Assembly: GCA_029776065.1 (NCBI GenBank)
Contig: JARVJP010000009.1
Location: 50,911 to 114,910 of the forward strand
Direction of reading: 5' to 3'
From: Nitrososphaeria archaeon
GTDB lineage: Archaea > Thermoproteota > Nitrososphaeria > JACIWG01
Length of the DNA stretch: 64,000 bases
Part shown: positions 1 through 13,187 of the stretch, in pieces
Layout of the letters: every line of letters starts with the position of its first letter
Position numbering within the stretch: position 1 is the first letter of the stretch
Program-made: the position numbers and the translations under genes
The notes under the pieces: generated by a model
What the model was told of the DNA's origin: nothing
Databases searched by the model: none
The model's input: the letters and a program-made list of their open reading frames with translations, nothing else

Positions 1-870
1 ATCCAGGTGGGGAAGTATGTAAAGTAGGTTCACTTCAAGCGTGTTGGATGCTGTTGGCTTAAAGACTTCTCTATCCTCCTCTCCTGGAGTATATTTCGCC
101 TGAATTACCATTTTAGGTTTGTATAGGTATGGCACCTTGATATTTTGTTCAAACGTACCATCGTCTGAAGTCTTGACTTCGGAGACGACCTCGCCATCTA
201 ATAGTATGCTCACAGATCTGAGGGAGAGGTGTTCATTTATCGTATAAAGTTTGCCTCGGATTGTTAGGTTCGAGCCCACCCAAACGGTTTCAGGATACGT
301 TTCAACCTCTAAGAACGTTTCCTTTAGATTCCTCTGTTCTTCTATTAGGTTGAGTAGGCTAAGGAGCCTCTCTTGGATCTTTCTTAGGAGTTCTCCGAGT
401 GCGTCAAGCCTTTCGAAGACTTCATTTTCTGGGAGGCTAAGTGTTTTTGTAACCTCTTTCACCGAAGATTTTAGCGTGTTATATGTGATGTTAGCTGATG
501 ATATCTGATATGATGCTTGGTTTAAGAGTAACCTAGCATCCTCTCCTCTCCCAATGTTTATGAGGGACTCTGATTCGTCTAGAAGGCGCTCAACCTCCTC
601 CAACGTTGTAGTTAACGCTTCCATAAGCTGACCGAACCTGTCGAAGGCGAACCTTAAAGTAGGGGGTACGAATATGAGATTAAACTGTTTGAGTCTTGCT
701 AAAGTTCCTGTGAAGTTCCAATTTACTAGGTCATCGAATGCGAAGACCACCAGCATCGAGAGGAACCTCGGGTAGGGTGTCTGTTCAGCTTCCTTGCTAG
801 GATCAACATGCCTTCTGTATGCAATTGAAAGGCCTATTTGGATGCTGGAGATTAGAATGTAGGAAAGCAT
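1..870 (-). CDS. hypothetical membrane-anchored protein; the C-terminal part runs off the left window edge
   Basis: I checked every minus-strand codon from ATG 870..868 down to position 1 and found no stop. It is absent from the ORF track, presumably because no stop lies in the window. An alternative TTG start at 915 overlaps the TGA of the upstream gene (TTGA). The N-terminus is a hydrophobic helix (LTLAILATMLSYILISSIQIGLSIAY), followed by a helical region and then a beta-rich region. Confidence 0.55.
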   Translation of the reverse strand, partial: MLSYILISSIQIGLSIAYRRHVDPSKEAEQTPYPRFLSMLVVFAFDDLVNWNFTGTLARLKQFNLIFVPPTLRFAFDRFGQLMEALTTTLEEVERLLDESESLINIGRGEDARLLLNQASYQISSANITYNTLKSSVKEVTKTLSLPENEVFERLDALGELLRKIQERLLSLLNLIEEQRNLKETFLEVETYPETVWVGSNLTIRGKLYTINEHLSLRSVSILLDGEVVSEVKTSDDGTFEQNIKVPYLYKPKMVIQAKYTPGEEDREVFKPTASNTLEVNLLYILPHLD

Positions 871-911
871 CGTTGCTAGTATGGCTAATGTCAAGATCTG
901 CGCTTTATACT

Positions 912-1157
912 TCAAGGTGGAAACAGTATTTTGATGATTCTTAATGCAACAGTGTACAAGAAGACGATCAGCAGAGCTAAGGCGAGAAGGCCTCTAGCAC
1001 GCCCTCTAGGCCTAAATATCGCAGAGAGAGCGAAATATTCGAGTGTGAAGATGCTTGTGTAGACGTCAAGCCTTTCCTCCCCTAATGCTGCTAAAACTGG
1101 AACCGAGATTACGAAGAGTGTTGTTAGGGTGATTAGGTATATGGTGTGCTTGTCCAA
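912..1157 (-). CDS. small integral membrane protein (81 aa)
   Basis: The ORF has 2-3 hydrophobic segments. It overlaps both neighbours in a co-directional gene string. Confidence 0.45.
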   Translation of the reverse strand: MDKHTIYLITLTTLFVISVPVLAALGEERLDVYTSIFTLEYFALSAIFRPRGRARGLLALALLIVFLYTVALRIIKILFPP

Positions 1158-1894
1158 TCCAAAACCTTCAAACGCAGTAGAATTCGGCTTTTCTCAATTC
1201 TTTCATCCAATATTTGAACCGGCCTTGAAAAGGCTACTGCAGCAGCCTGGGCCACTATAGAGGATGGAAGGGAGCCCATTACGACCTTGAATCTTGGAAG
1301 GCCTACATCAACCCTAGGCCTATCGACTTCGACAACTATCTCAGAGCTTGATTCGACAACCTTGACGCCTTCAGCTACTTCGGAGAGGTCGACTAAGACA
1401 TTGCCGATTAAATCATCAAATCTTCTCTCACCCTCCTGTGTGGCGGACATGTTGACAAGCTCTGAAGCAGGGGGAATGATGAGCAGACCCAAGGACTTGC
1501 CAGCTTTGACAAGGAAGCTTCCAAAGCTTTTCGTCACTTGCTCGAGTTTAAACGTTGGTTCGGTTGAGAGTGGTATGTATGCGTAAGCCCTCTCAGCTGA
1601 TGGAATATAGATCGCCTTCTTTACTGCTCCAGTCGCTTCTAGAAGTACTTCTAAGTTTTCACATGAGGACTTGATAAACGAAGAAACCACCTCCTTTGGC
1701 ATAGGATGCATTGGTGTGGAAAGTACAGCCAAACCCAGGATCACTGCTCCAACACCGAGGGCTGTTAATGGTATGTTATTTAGGAGAAGGTAAGATCCAG
1801 CTGCAAGGAACACTCCAAAACATGTTAGGCTAACTCCAAAGAACGTCAACCTCTCATGCACTTGAAGAAACCACCGCCAACTTAAAGAAGCCAT
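1133..1894 (-). CDS. hypothetical 2-TM membrane protein, paralogue of 3395..4090
   Basis: 253 aa. An N-terminal TM hairpin (NNIPLTALGVGAVILGLAVLSTP) is followed by a soluble domain. It aligns along its whole length with the 231-aa ORF (NMPLTLLGLGFFAIGAFLIMTP; LLIIPPASE/LLLYPPTSF; C-terminal LRLKVL/VKLRLF). The start codon is uncertain. Confidence 0.55.
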   Translation of the reverse strand: MASLSWRWFLQVHERLTFFGVSLTCFGVFLAAGSYLLLNNIPLTALGVGAVILGLAVLSTPMHPMPKEVVSSFIKSSCENLEVLLEATGAVKKAIYIPSAERAYAYIPLSTEPTFKLEQVTKSFGSFLVKAGKSLGLLIIPPASELVNMSATQEGERRFDDLIGNVLVDLSEVAEGVKVVESSSEIVVEVDRPRVDVGLPRFKVVMGSLPSSIVAQAAAVAFSRPVQILDERIEKSRILLRLKVLDWTSTPYT

Positions 1895-3326
1895 ACTTCC
1901 TATACGAGGCTAAAAGTATCAGACACAATGTTAGGATGGATAACGAGAATACGATCGGATCCAACCTTATCCCCCAAGGAGTGTAATTCAATACTAATCC
2001 GACCAATGGAACAAGAGCTAAGCTTAATCCTATCGAGAGAGCGAGCCTTTCCAATGGGGAGAGGTCGCTTTCCTTCGGGTAAAGCGCTTGGATCAACGAG
2101 TATCCTGGTAGGAAGAGGACGAGTAGTGAGCCTAAAACGTATCTAGTGTATGTGATAATGGTTGTCTGAGGGGTGTAGATGGTTAATATGGTTGCTGCTA
2201 GTAGTGTTATGGTCATCGGAAAGGCTAGGTTCTGCTTAGAAAAGAGGTAACTAGGGAACGTGGTTGGAGGATTTAGGTCTTCGAGCTTTAATGCCTTGGA
2301 TTTAACCAGCTTAAACAGTTCCCGTGCCACGCTCCACTTCTCGTACTCAAGCTTGTCGCCTAACAATATGATGTTATTCACAGTAACTTTATTGTTTTTT
2401 GATAATAATGCCCTAACCTTTTTCCCAAAAGCGTTAGAGTCTAAACCCTCGTCTTTTGCTAATGTGACTTTCCATCCCTCGTAGAACCTAGACCATAGAA
2501 GCCAGATTCTACGTCTAAGGTACAGGGATGATCCTAAACCAATTGCTACAACAACACCTGAGGCAGAAACCATGTAAATAAACTGCGTATTTTTACGCTC
2601 TAAACCGGTTTGAGTGATCGTCGGCTCAAGCGAGAGCACTTGTCTCGCAAGCTTCTCTGCGCGCTCGTAGTCCCCTCCTTGAGCGTGTTCTACGGCCTGA
2701 TCCAACATCGCAACCACCTCTGTTACGTTCCCCCCAGCGTCCTCAGCCCTCCTAATGGAGAGAAGAGCCTCTATAAGGGTGGATTCTATGTAGGAAGGCA
2801 TCTTAGTTGGTAGCTGGGGTTGAGGCGCACCTACAGCTGGGTTTGTAACATTAAGCCAAAGCTGGTTCCAGCGTCCATAGTAGACGAAGTTTTGAGAGGC
2901 CTCATTGTAGACCCACATCTCGAAGACAAGCCTCAAGTTGTTCGCTTGCGAGTACAGGGTGACATTAAGAGGGATGATCGACGAGGAATTATGAGGGAGA
3001 ACCTTGTAGACCTCCATAAAGGGTTCTTCTGAGAGAGGCGTAGTTTCGTTAATGAAGGATCTGTTGGTTCCGGCCTTAACTAGAACTTTGTAGAACACTG
3101 TCTTTCCTTCGTGATTTCCTATGTAAAGGTGTAATATGAACACTGACCCAGCTACAACATCCTTTGGGTAATCACCTATCATCTTGTTCGACCCTAGTAA
3201 GCCCAGTTCTGAAAAGGGTTCTACGACCCTTCCAACGTTTACAGCTTGGACTATTGCGAAGACCGAGGCTACAACTATTATTGCCGTTATAACAGCTAAG
3301 ACTTCTTCGTCAAGCACCCAACTCAT
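1854..3326 (-). CDS. DUF1616-family archaeal membrane protein with a large extracytoplasmic domain
   Basis: The C-terminal block LFLPGYSLIQALYPKESDLSPLERLALSIGLSLALVPLVGLVLNYTPWGIRLDP matches my recollection of the DUF1616 signature. The protein has an N-terminal TM helix and several N-x-S/T sequons. Confidence 0.6.
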   Translation of the reverse strand: MSWVLDEEVLAVITAIIVVASVFAIVQAVNVGRVVEPFSELGLLGSNKMIGDYPKDVVAGSVFILHLYIGNHEGKTVFYKVLVKAGTNRSFINETTPLSEEPFMEVYKVLPHNSSSIIPLNVTLYSQANNLRLVFEMWVYNEASQNFVYYGRWNQLWLNVTNPAVGAPQPQLPTKMPSYIESTLIEALLSIRRAEDAGGNVTEVVAMLDQAVEHAQGGDYERAEKLARQVLSLEPTITQTGLERKNTQFIYMVSASGVVVAIGLGSSLYLRRRIWLLWSRFYEGWKVTLAKDEGLDSNAFGKKVRALLSKNNKVTVNNIILLGDKLEYEKWSVARELFKLVKSKALKLEDLNPPTTFPSYLFSKQNLAFPMTITLLAATILTIYTPQTTIITYTRYVLGSLLVLFLPGYSLIQALYPKESDLSPLERLALSIGLSLALVPLVGLVLNYTPWGIRLDPIVFSLSILTLCLILLASYRKYGFFKLAVVSSSA

Positions 3327-3394
3327 AGCGATCTTACTTTCGCATTCTCACTTTACATCTTCTTACTAAGCTCACGTCTTGAGCAATTGCACGC

Positions 3395-4090
3395 TTAGAA
3401 GAGGCGTAGTTTAACGAATTTAATGGTGTCGACGTCCTCTTCTGACTCAATCCAAACAGTCTTTTTCTTTGTTACAGCCAGGATGGTTGCGACCAAGCTC
3501 GCTTCAGTCGATCCTACAACCTTCTTAATAGTTTCTGACACGGGTTTCGCGTTCGGATTTATGATTTCAACCATTATCTTATTATCCTCGTATGTTACAT
3601 GCACGTCTTCTGCGAACTTGGTTGACTCTACCAAGTACTCTTGTAGTGATCCTTCAAAGTCTTCCCCTATATTGATTCCCGTGAACATAAAACTTGTTGG
3701 GGGGTACAGTAGGAGGTACGACCTGTTGTTTGCCCTGGCTATAAAGCCATCAACAGAGATTTGACCTGTTGGAGGAGACTCTTCTCCTCCCTCGAGTGGG
3801 GCATATACTAGGACGGTTCCATCTTCCTTTGGCACGAAATAACCCTTCTTTGATGCGCTTAACTGTTTTATGACCGATTCCACGTTTAGTATGCTTCCTT
3901 CCAGTAAAGCGCGTATTGTTTCTGTTTGCGCCCTCCGGACTGGGGTCATGATAAGGAAGGCTCCTATTGCAAAGAAGCCTAGGCCTAATAACGTGAGAGG
4001 CATGTTTTGAGCTAGAAAGAATGAGAAGACGGCCATAACTACCGCGTACGCTGCGAGTAGTATCCCGAAGGTGTGTATTCTATCGAACAT
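3395..4090 (-). CDS. hypothetical 2-TM membrane protein, paralogue of 1133..1894
   Basis: 231 aa, with the same architecture as the 253-aa ORF and conserved blocks shared with it. Confidence 0.55.
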   Translation of the reverse strand: MFDRIHTFGILLAAYAVVMAVFSFFLAQNMPLTLLGLGFFAIGAFLIMTPVRRAQTETIRALLEGSILNVESVIKQLSASKKGYFVPKEDGTVLVYAPLEGGEESPPTGQISVDGFIARANNRSYLLLYPPTSFMFTGINIGEDFEGSLQEYLVESTKFAEDVHVTYEDNKIMVEIINPNAKPVSETIKKVVGSTEASLVATILAVTKKKTVWIESEEDVDTIKFVKLRLF

Positions 4091-4142
4091 TCACACACCA
4101 CCACCTTATACACGGATCCAAATAAAAAGTTGGGGTTTAGCT

Positions 4143-4412
4143 TCATTGGCTCTTTTCTTCAGGCTTTTCCGATTCTTTACCCTCTGTTAATGCCCCTTCC
4201 TTTGTCAGCTCTTCTATCGGCTGTGGAGGGGGTGTTGTAGCTAAAGTGTACCCTATCCACCCTATTACCCCTAGCACACCTGCTATCATGAGGAAGATTG
4301 TTAGTTGTAAGATTAGTCTTGGATCCCAGAAGAATAGAAGCCAGCCGTAGATTACGATCCCAAATATGCTTCCGAGAAGGAGGGCGACTCCGATTAGTTG
4401 ATCTCTGGTCAA
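4143..4412 (-). CDS. small membrane protein (2 TM, acidic C-terminal tail)
   Basis: 89 aa with two hydrophobic helices and a KE-rich tail. I preferred it over the overlapping low-complexity frame 4177..4422. Confidence 0.45.
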   Translation of the reverse strand: MTRDQLIGVALLLGSIFGIVIYGWLLFFWDPRLILQLTIFLMIAGVLGVIGWIGYTLATTPPPQPIEELTKEGALTEGKESEKPEEKSQ

Positions 4413-4422
4413 ACTGTATCAC

Positions 4423-4818
4423 TTACCTCGTGTATGTGCTCGGGTTTAAAAATATTCCCCACCAGATCGCGTATATATCATCCTTTATCCAGTTTAAAGC
4501 CCCGATGTACCCTACATTCACCGCATATTTGACCAACTTCTGAGCGAGACCAACCCCTATCGAGTAGTTCCGACGCTCAAATGACGTCAGCTGCGCGATA
4601 TGCTTCATAACCTTTAATATGGACCTTAGCAGGTTGATGCTCTTGAATTTTATCTGCAGGTTTGTACTTAATGTAAGTATCGCTCTATCGACTCTCCCAA
4701 GACGTTTCCAGATCCCTGACCTTTTGGCCTTCACCATCGTCTTTATAATAGCGGACCTTATCTTGCTACTTGTGTCTAAAGTTGGATTAACATGTCTACC
4801 TGGTATTTTGTTCGACAC
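4423..4818 (-). CDS. hypothetical basic protein
   Basis: 131-aa ORF at the head of the co-directional string. I recognise no motif. Confidence 0.3.
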   Translation of the reverse strand: MSNKIPGRHVNPTLDTSSKIRSAIIKTMVKAKRSGIWKRLGRVDRAILTLSTNLQIKFKSINLLRSILKVMKHIAQLTSFERRNYSIGVGLAQKLVKYAVNVGYIGALNWIKDDIYAIWWGIFLNPSTYTR

Positions 4819-5143
4819 TTCAAATCCACCTTATACCAAAGTTGGAGCGGTGATTCGAAGGTTTGATGCTATTATTTGACAACTTTGACTTTACAGGGTT
4901 GCCCATGTATTTAAAAATGTAAGTCTTCCCAAATAAACCCATTTTCTGCATCAACGCCCTTGTGGTAGCTCCTCATCGTATATAAGATTTGTTTGAGACG
5001 TTGGTTGTAGGGTCAACTTTTATGTGTTGAACGTATTTTGTCATTAATTGACATATAATTCACTAAAAAGCATGATATTATTTCCCTCAGATGAGGCTAC
5101 TATAGGCCTTTACTACTAGTATCAAATTTTTAGGGGAGGGGTT

Positions 5144-7994
<2,851 letters not shown>

Positions 7995-8005
7995 CTACAA
8001 CCCTC

Positions 8006-8326
8006 CTAATCAGCGGTAGGGGATTCCTCGGCAGCGACGACGTCTATGTAAGGGTCTTGATAATAGATACATCCTACATGATCCTTAAATTCATTAGGAT
8101 GGTATATCGGCTTCCTACAGGAAAGACAGTACACCCACCCTCTCTCATGGATCTTATCGTGAAGATCTTTAGGGTTGACGGCTTTAAAGTCTTCACAGGG
8201 CACTTCGAAAGGGATAATGAGTTCTTCTTTTTTACCGCAGTAGCCTAGGTCATGGTGGATGTCATGGGGGGAGAAGTAAACGCACATATAACATATTTTC
8301 TTATGTTTACCTAGACTATTTTCCAA
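8006..8326 (-). CDS. small Cys/His-rich protein, co-oriented 11 nt upstream of the OFOR alpha subunit
   Basis: Has CxxC pairs (CYMC, CLSC) plus additional Cys/His. The start is either TTG 8326 or ATG 8287. Confidence 0.4.
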   Translation of the reverse strand: MENSLGKHKKICYMCVYFSPHDIHHDLGYCGKKEELIIPFEVPCEDFKAVNPKDLHDKIHERGWVYCLSCRKPIYHPNEFKDHVGCIYYQDPYIDVVAAEESPTAD

Positions 8327-8602
8327 TACAATCTATAGAAATTTCGTCATTGAAGATATATAAGTATTGTTTATTTTGGCGTGAATTAAAATAGGACAGT
8401 ATTATGAAAAAGAGGTCAATCGAAGATCAAAAGCCAGCCAAGTTCATTAGGCCTTAGTAAGGCGGGGTCCTAATCACTTCTCAAACAAGACATGGAACTT
8501 ATCTAGATTAGAACTACCAGCAAAAAAAGAAATAAGAGGTGGTAAGGTATTTGCCTCAGAAACACTTCTTTAGTTAGCTTCACATGGTCTTCAGAGCTAG
8601 TT

Positions 8603-9613
8603 TTATTGAGCTGTTAGGTCGAGGAATATTCTCCCATCTCTTTCTGGTGAGGACAGGGATTCGATCGCGGTCTTCGTCTCTTCCAGTTTAAACTTCTTCC
8701 AAGTCTTCACTTGAAGCCACTTGTATTGGTTAAGCAGATCTGTGAGCTCACGTCTACTTCCACCAGTTGTGCCGATTATACTCAACTGCTGATTATAAAT
8801 TTTGAAGATTGGAAGTTCTACTGTAGAGCCTGTCAGAACACCATATGTGACTAGTTTGCCATTGGGTTTGAGTAGTTCTAAGCTGTTCAGGAACGTTTCA
8901 GCACCTAGTGGATCGATCACTACATCTGCCATCTTCCCGTTAGTTACCTCTTTGATCTTCTCCAACGCATGTTCCTTTTCAACAACCATGAAGGCTCCGA
9001 ACCTTTCAACCCATTTCTTTCTAGACACGCCTATCACCTTCGCACTGAAGACCAGTCTTGCTAGTTGGGTAGCAAACATCCCTGTGTTCCCAGAAGCACC
9101 TACAACCACCACATAGTTGTTCAAGCTCAGCGAGGCAGAGTTTAGAGCGTGATAGGCTGTCAGGGCAGATACAGGCATGCTCGCAGCAAGCTCCCAGTCC
9201 ATTCCCTCATCGATCTTGAACACGTTATCTGATGGTACTTTAACGTATTCTGAGAAACCTCCATTACACGTTACACCGATTACGCCACCGTTTCTACAGA
9301 GCATCTCCTTAAAGACCAGGCACATATCGCATGTCCCATCGAACAACCTAGGGTATACCACGACTTTGTTACCTCTCTGGACATTCGTCACATTAGGCCC
9401 AACGCTCTCCACTATCCCAGCGAATTCAGCACCTGGTATGTGGGGGAGAGGTTTGGCTTCACGGGATCCTGTTACAACGAAGTAGTCTATCGGGTTAACC
9501 CCAGCCATCATAACTTTGATAAGTACCTCGCCTTCCTTCACCTCTGGAATTGGTACGTCTTCTACTACTCTTAAATTCTCTAAACCTGGCTTATCAAAGA
9601 TAACGGCTTTCAT
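8603..9613 (-). CDS. zinc-type alcohol dehydrogenase / MDR-family oxidoreductase
   Basis: N-terminus MKAVIFDKPG, a PGAEFAGIVESVG motif, a structural-zinc Cys cluster (GTCDMCLVFKEMLC) and a GASGNTG Rossmann motif. ATG 9613 is preceded by GGAGGT. Confidence 0.85.
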   Translation of the reverse strand: MKAVIFDKPGLENLRVVEDVPIPEVKEGEVLIKVMMAGVNPIDYFVVTGSREAKPLPHIPGAEFAGIVESVGPNVTNVQRGNKVVVYPRLFDGTCDMCLVFKEMLCRNGGVIGVTCNGGFSEYVKVPSDNVFKIDEGMDWELAASMPVSALTAYHALNSASLSLNNYVVVVGASGNTGMFATQLARLVFSAKVIGVSRKKWVERFGAFMVVEKEHALEKIKEVTNGKMADVVIDPLGAETFLNSLELLKPNGKLVTYGVLTGSTVELPIFKIYNQQLSIIGTTGGSRRELTDLLNQYKWLQVKTWKKFKLEETKTAIESLSSPERDGRIFLDLTAQ

Positions 9614-9805
9614 AAGCCTTTCTACCTCCTTTTGATATTTATATTTATTCTGCAAGTTTATCTAAATTAAATATTTTATAAAGGCGAACTTCGATCTAGG
9701 TCAAGACTCCAACCAAGGTCTATGAAATCTTGACAAGAAAACCTTACCTTGGAAATAAGTTTTTAAGCAGTACTTTAAGTTGATAAACAGATTAAGTGTA
9801 ACCAA

Positions 9806-11371
9806 ATGAATTCCTTTGTGTCAGACGTCTTGGTCATCGGTGGAGGGATATCAGGATGCGTAGCTGCGTTACGGGCAGCTTCAAAAGGCTTAGAAGTCAC
9901 GATGTTGATGAAAGGCGAAGGGGGAGAGAAGTCCAACACTTACTACGCTCAAGGTGGCATAGTCTACAAGGGGAGGAAAGGAGACCCCTCTCTACTGGTT
10001 AAAGATATTTTAACGGCAGGAGATGGAGTGAGCTACCCTCCAGCTGTCAAGATTTTGGCTAACGAGGGCCCAAGGCTTGTCAAAGAAGTGTTAATAGAGG
10101 AAGTTGGTGTCCCATTTGACAGAAACGTTAGAGGGGAACTTGACCTAGCGAACGAGGCAGCACATTCCACCCGGAGAATCGTCCATGTTGCGGACATGAC
10201 AGGAAAAGCGATAGAGACAAAGTTGATGGATGTGGTCAATAAAAAAGGGAATATTAAAGTTTACACGCAAAGAGTCGCTATAGACCTACTAACCGAGGAA
10301 CACCATACAGACAACCCTTTAGCAGTATACAAAAACCCCACTTGCTTGGGTGCCTACGTCTTCAACGCCGAGAAAGGTGAGGTTGACGTATTTTTAGCGA
10401 AGGTAACAGTCCTCGCGACAGGTGGGCTTGGGCGAATATACCTTTATACAACAAACCCCAGGGAAGCAACAGGCGATGGGTTTGCTATGGCCTATAGAGC
10501 GGGAGCCCAGCTTATAAACATGGAGTACGTGCAGTTCCATCCTACAGCGTTTTGTTACGGGGAGGGAGAGTGCTTTCTAATTACGGAAGCAGTAAGAGGG
10601 GAGGGAGGGGTATTGAAGACCCCTGATGGACGAACCTTTATGGAGAAGTACCATGAACTTGGCTCACTCGCCCCAAGAGATGTTGTTGCAAGGGCAATTT
10701 ACGAGGAGATGTTTGAGAACAAGTATCCCCATGTGATGCTTGATCTGGCATCTTATATTGAGCCAGATAAGATAAAAAGTCGGTTCCCAACCGTATACCA
10801 AACCTGCTTGGAACACGGGATAGACGTAACAGAGAAACCGATTCCTGTGGTTCCAGCAGCCCACTTTGAGTGTGGTGGTGTAAAGGTAGACCTTTGGGGA
10901 AGAACCAACATAGACCGACTTTTCGCTATTGGAGAGGTGTCTTGTACGGGTGTTCATGGAGCGAATCGATTAGCGAGCACATCTATGTTAGAGGGACTTG
11001 TTTGGGCTGATAGAGCGGTGAGGAAGATGGTTGAGAGAAGACAGTATTACTTTAATTATAGAGTTCCCCATGTGAGGGAGTGGATTTACACAGGCATTGA
11101 ATCACCAGATCCTGCGCTAATTCAACAAGACATGAATGTTTTAAGGCATACGATGTGGAATTACGTAGGCTTGGTTAGGACGAGGGATAGGTTGAAACGA
11201 TCTATCGTCGACCTCGTTCAACTTAAAGAAGATATAGAAAACTTTTACCGTTATTCAATATTGAACAAAGACCTGATAGAGCTGAGAAACGCGATTCAAA
11301 CAGGTTTGATCATAGCGCAGTCAGCTTGGAAGAATAGACAGAGCAGGGGATGCCATTATAGGAGGAGTTGA
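9806..11371 (+). CDS. nadB: L-aspartate oxidase
   Basis: FAD motif [14 protein letters not shown], the YAQGG and [10 protein letters not shown] blocks, and a position first in the nadB-nadA-nadC string. Confidence 0.92.
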   Translation: MNSFVSDVLVIGGGISGCVAALRAASKGLEVTMLMKGEGGEKSNTYYAQGGIVYKGRKGDPSLLVKDILTAGDGVSYPPAVKILANEGPRLVKEVLIEEVGVPFDRNVRGELDLANEAAHSTRRIVHVADMTGKAIETKLMDVVNKKGNIKVYTQRVAIDLLTEEHHTDNPLAVYKNPTCLGAYVFNAEKGEVDVFLAKVTVLATGGLGRIYLYTTNPREATGDGFAMAYRAGAQLINMEYVQFHPTAFCYGEGECFLITEAVRGEGGVLKTPDGRTFMEKYHELGSLAPRDVVARAIYEEMFENKYPHVMLDLASYIEPDKIKSRFPTVYQTCLEHGIDVTEKPIPVVPAAHFECGGVKVDLWGRTNIDRLFAIGEVSCTGVHGANRLASTSMLEGLVWADRAVRKMVERRQYYFNYRVPHVREWIYTGIESPDPALIQQDMNVLRHTMWNYVGLVRTRDRLKRSIVDLVQLKEDIENFYRYSILNKDLIELRNAIQTGLIIAQSAWKNRQSRGCHYRRS

Positions 11372-11375
11372 TAAC

Positions 11376-12275
11376 ATGATAGTTGAAGAGATAGAACAAC
11401 TTAAAAAGGAATTAAATGCTTTGATAATGGCTCATAACTATCAACTCCCAGAAGTCCAAGATGTCGCAGACTTTGTAGGAGACTCCCTAGAACTCGCAAC
11501 AAAAAGTAAGAGCACAGACGCAGACTACATCGTTCTAGCTGGGGTAGACTTCATGGCTGAAACAGCAGCCATCTTAAACCCAGGGAAAACAGTACTGATC
11601 CCAAGCCACCTTGCAAGCTGCGAGATGGCGAGATACCTAGATCCTAAGACAATAGAAGAATATAAAAAGGCATACCCAGAGTCTAAGATCGTTCTATACA
11701 TCAATTCTACAGCGGAATGCAAAGCATTAGCAGACTCAATATGCACGTCAGCAAACGCAGCCAAAGTCGTTAAAGCGATAGAATCTGATATAGTGCTCTT
11801 CGGACCAGATGCAAACCTAGCGAAATATGTTTCAAAAAATACTAAGAAGAAGGTGATACCACTACCCCCTAATGGCCACTGCTACGTACACACCTACTTT
11901 GACCCAGAAGAAGTACTCAAAATAAAGAGGAAGGATGGTGGAGAGGTGATGGCCCACCCGGAATGTGTAGAAGAGGTACAGGCTGTAGCAGATGTGGTAG
12001 CGAGTACAGGGGGAATGATCAAGCATGTCGCAACCTCTAACTCGAAAAAGTTCATCGTGGTCACCGAATGCGATATGAGCTATAGGTTGAAGAAGCTTTA
12101 CCCAGACAGAGAGTTCATCCCAGCTTGGGATAACGCGATCTGCCTCGGCATGAGGCAGATAACACTTGAAAAAATATGGGAGTCTCTTAAGTACAAAAGA
12201 TATAAAGTACAGGTTGATAACAAAATTGCCCAAAAAGCGAGAATGGCAGTTGAGAGGATGTTTGAATTAACATGA
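11376..12275 (+). CDS. nadA: quinolinate synthase
   Basis: 299 aa with the typical NadA N-terminus (ILAHNYQ-like: IMAHNYQLPEVQDVADFVGDS). It lies between nadB and nadC. Confidence 0.92.
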   Translation: MIVEEIEQLKKELNALIMAHNYQLPEVQDVADFVGDSLELATKSKSTDADYIVLAGVDFMAETAAILNPGKTVLIPSHLASCEMARYLDPKTIEEYKKAYPESKIVLYINSTAECKALADSICTSANAAKVVKAIESDIVLFGPDANLAKYVSKNTKKKVIPLPPNGHCYVHTYFDPEEVLKIKRKDGGEVMAHPECVEEVQAVADVVASTGGMIKHVATSNSKKFIVVTECDMSYRLKKLYPDREFIPAWDNAICLGMRQITLEKIWESLKYKRYKVQVDNKIAQKARMAVERMFELT

Positions 12276-13102
12276 TCACTACCTTTGATATGTTATTGGA
12301 TGAAGATGCCGTCTTCGGGGATATAACCAGTGAAACCATTATCCCAGAAGGACTAGACGCGGAATCTAAGGTGATAGCTAAAGAAGAAGGCATAGTCGCA
12401 GGATTAAACTACCTGAAAGAAAATGTGGAAAAGATCGGTCTAAAGGTTACACTTCTAAAGAGGGATGGGGATTCAGTGAAAAGAGGGGATTCAGTTGCAG
12501 TGATTGAAGGCAACGCGAGAAAATTACTTCTCATAGAGAGAGTCTTCCTAAATATCCTTGGTCGTATGAGCGGCATAGCAACGGCGACGAAAAGGCTTGT
12601 TGATAGAGTTAAACGCGTCAACCCTAATGTGCGGATAGCAGCTACTAGGAAGACGCTTCTTGGGAAACTCGATAAGATAGCGGTTACAATAGGAGGAGGC
12701 GACCCTCACCGTTGGAGCCTATCAGACCACATCTTGATAAAAGACAACCACATAGCCCTTGTCGGCTTAGAAGAAGCAATAAAGAAGGCTAGGAGGAGTT
12801 CGTTTGTCAGGAAGATTGAGGTCGAGGTCGAAAGGGTTGAGGACGCTTTTAAAGCAGTAGATCTAGGCGCTGACATAATCATGTTCGACAACTTTAAACC
12901 AAATCAGATATCTGAAGTGGTTAAGCTATTCGAAGCCAGAGGCTTAAGGGATAGAGTTCTCCTCGAAGCATCAGGTGGCATAAGCGAGGAGAACATATCA
13001 GATTACGCAGAAAGTGGTGTTGACGTCATATCCATAGGAGCTCTAACACATTCAACCAGAAGCCTTGACTTTTCAATCGATACAACCCCGAAAAGAAACT
13101 GA
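12272..13102 (+). CDS. nadC: nicotinate-nucleotide pyrophosphorylase (carboxylating)
   Basis: 276 aa with QPRTase blocks (ATRKT, HRWSLSDHILIKDNH, EASGGI). There is a 4-nt overlap with nadA. Confidence 0.9.
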   Translation: MITTFDMLLDEDAVFGDITSETIIPEGLDAESKVIAKEEGIVAGLNYLKENVEKIGLKVTLLKRDGDSVKRGDSVAVIEGNARKLLLIERVFLNILGRMSGIATATKRLVDRVKRVNPNVRIAATRKTLLGKLDKIAVTIGGGDPHRWSLSDHILIKDNHIALVGLEEAIKKARRSSFVRKIEVEVERVEDAFKAVDLGADIIMFDNFKPNQISEVVKLFEARGLRDRVLLEASGGISEENISDYAESGVDVISIGALTHSTRSLDFSIDTTPKRN

Positions 13103-13187
13103 TGCATGAAATAATGTAAGCTAGTTAGTGTAAAACAAGAGCATTAACAATTTGGCATAAGCTCTATTCAAAACAGTTATGTGGGCA

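Noticed and set aside
251-508. An 85-aa plus-strand ORF near the left edge
   Set aside because: It is antisense to the uninterrupted 290-codon minus-strand frame 1..870 and is Ser/Leu/Arg low-complexity.
4177-4422. An 81-aa ORF overlapping 4143..4412 in another frame
   Set aside because: It is Arg/Ser/Asn-rich and low-complexity. The alternative frame gives a clean 2-TM protein that fits the surrounding membrane-gene string.
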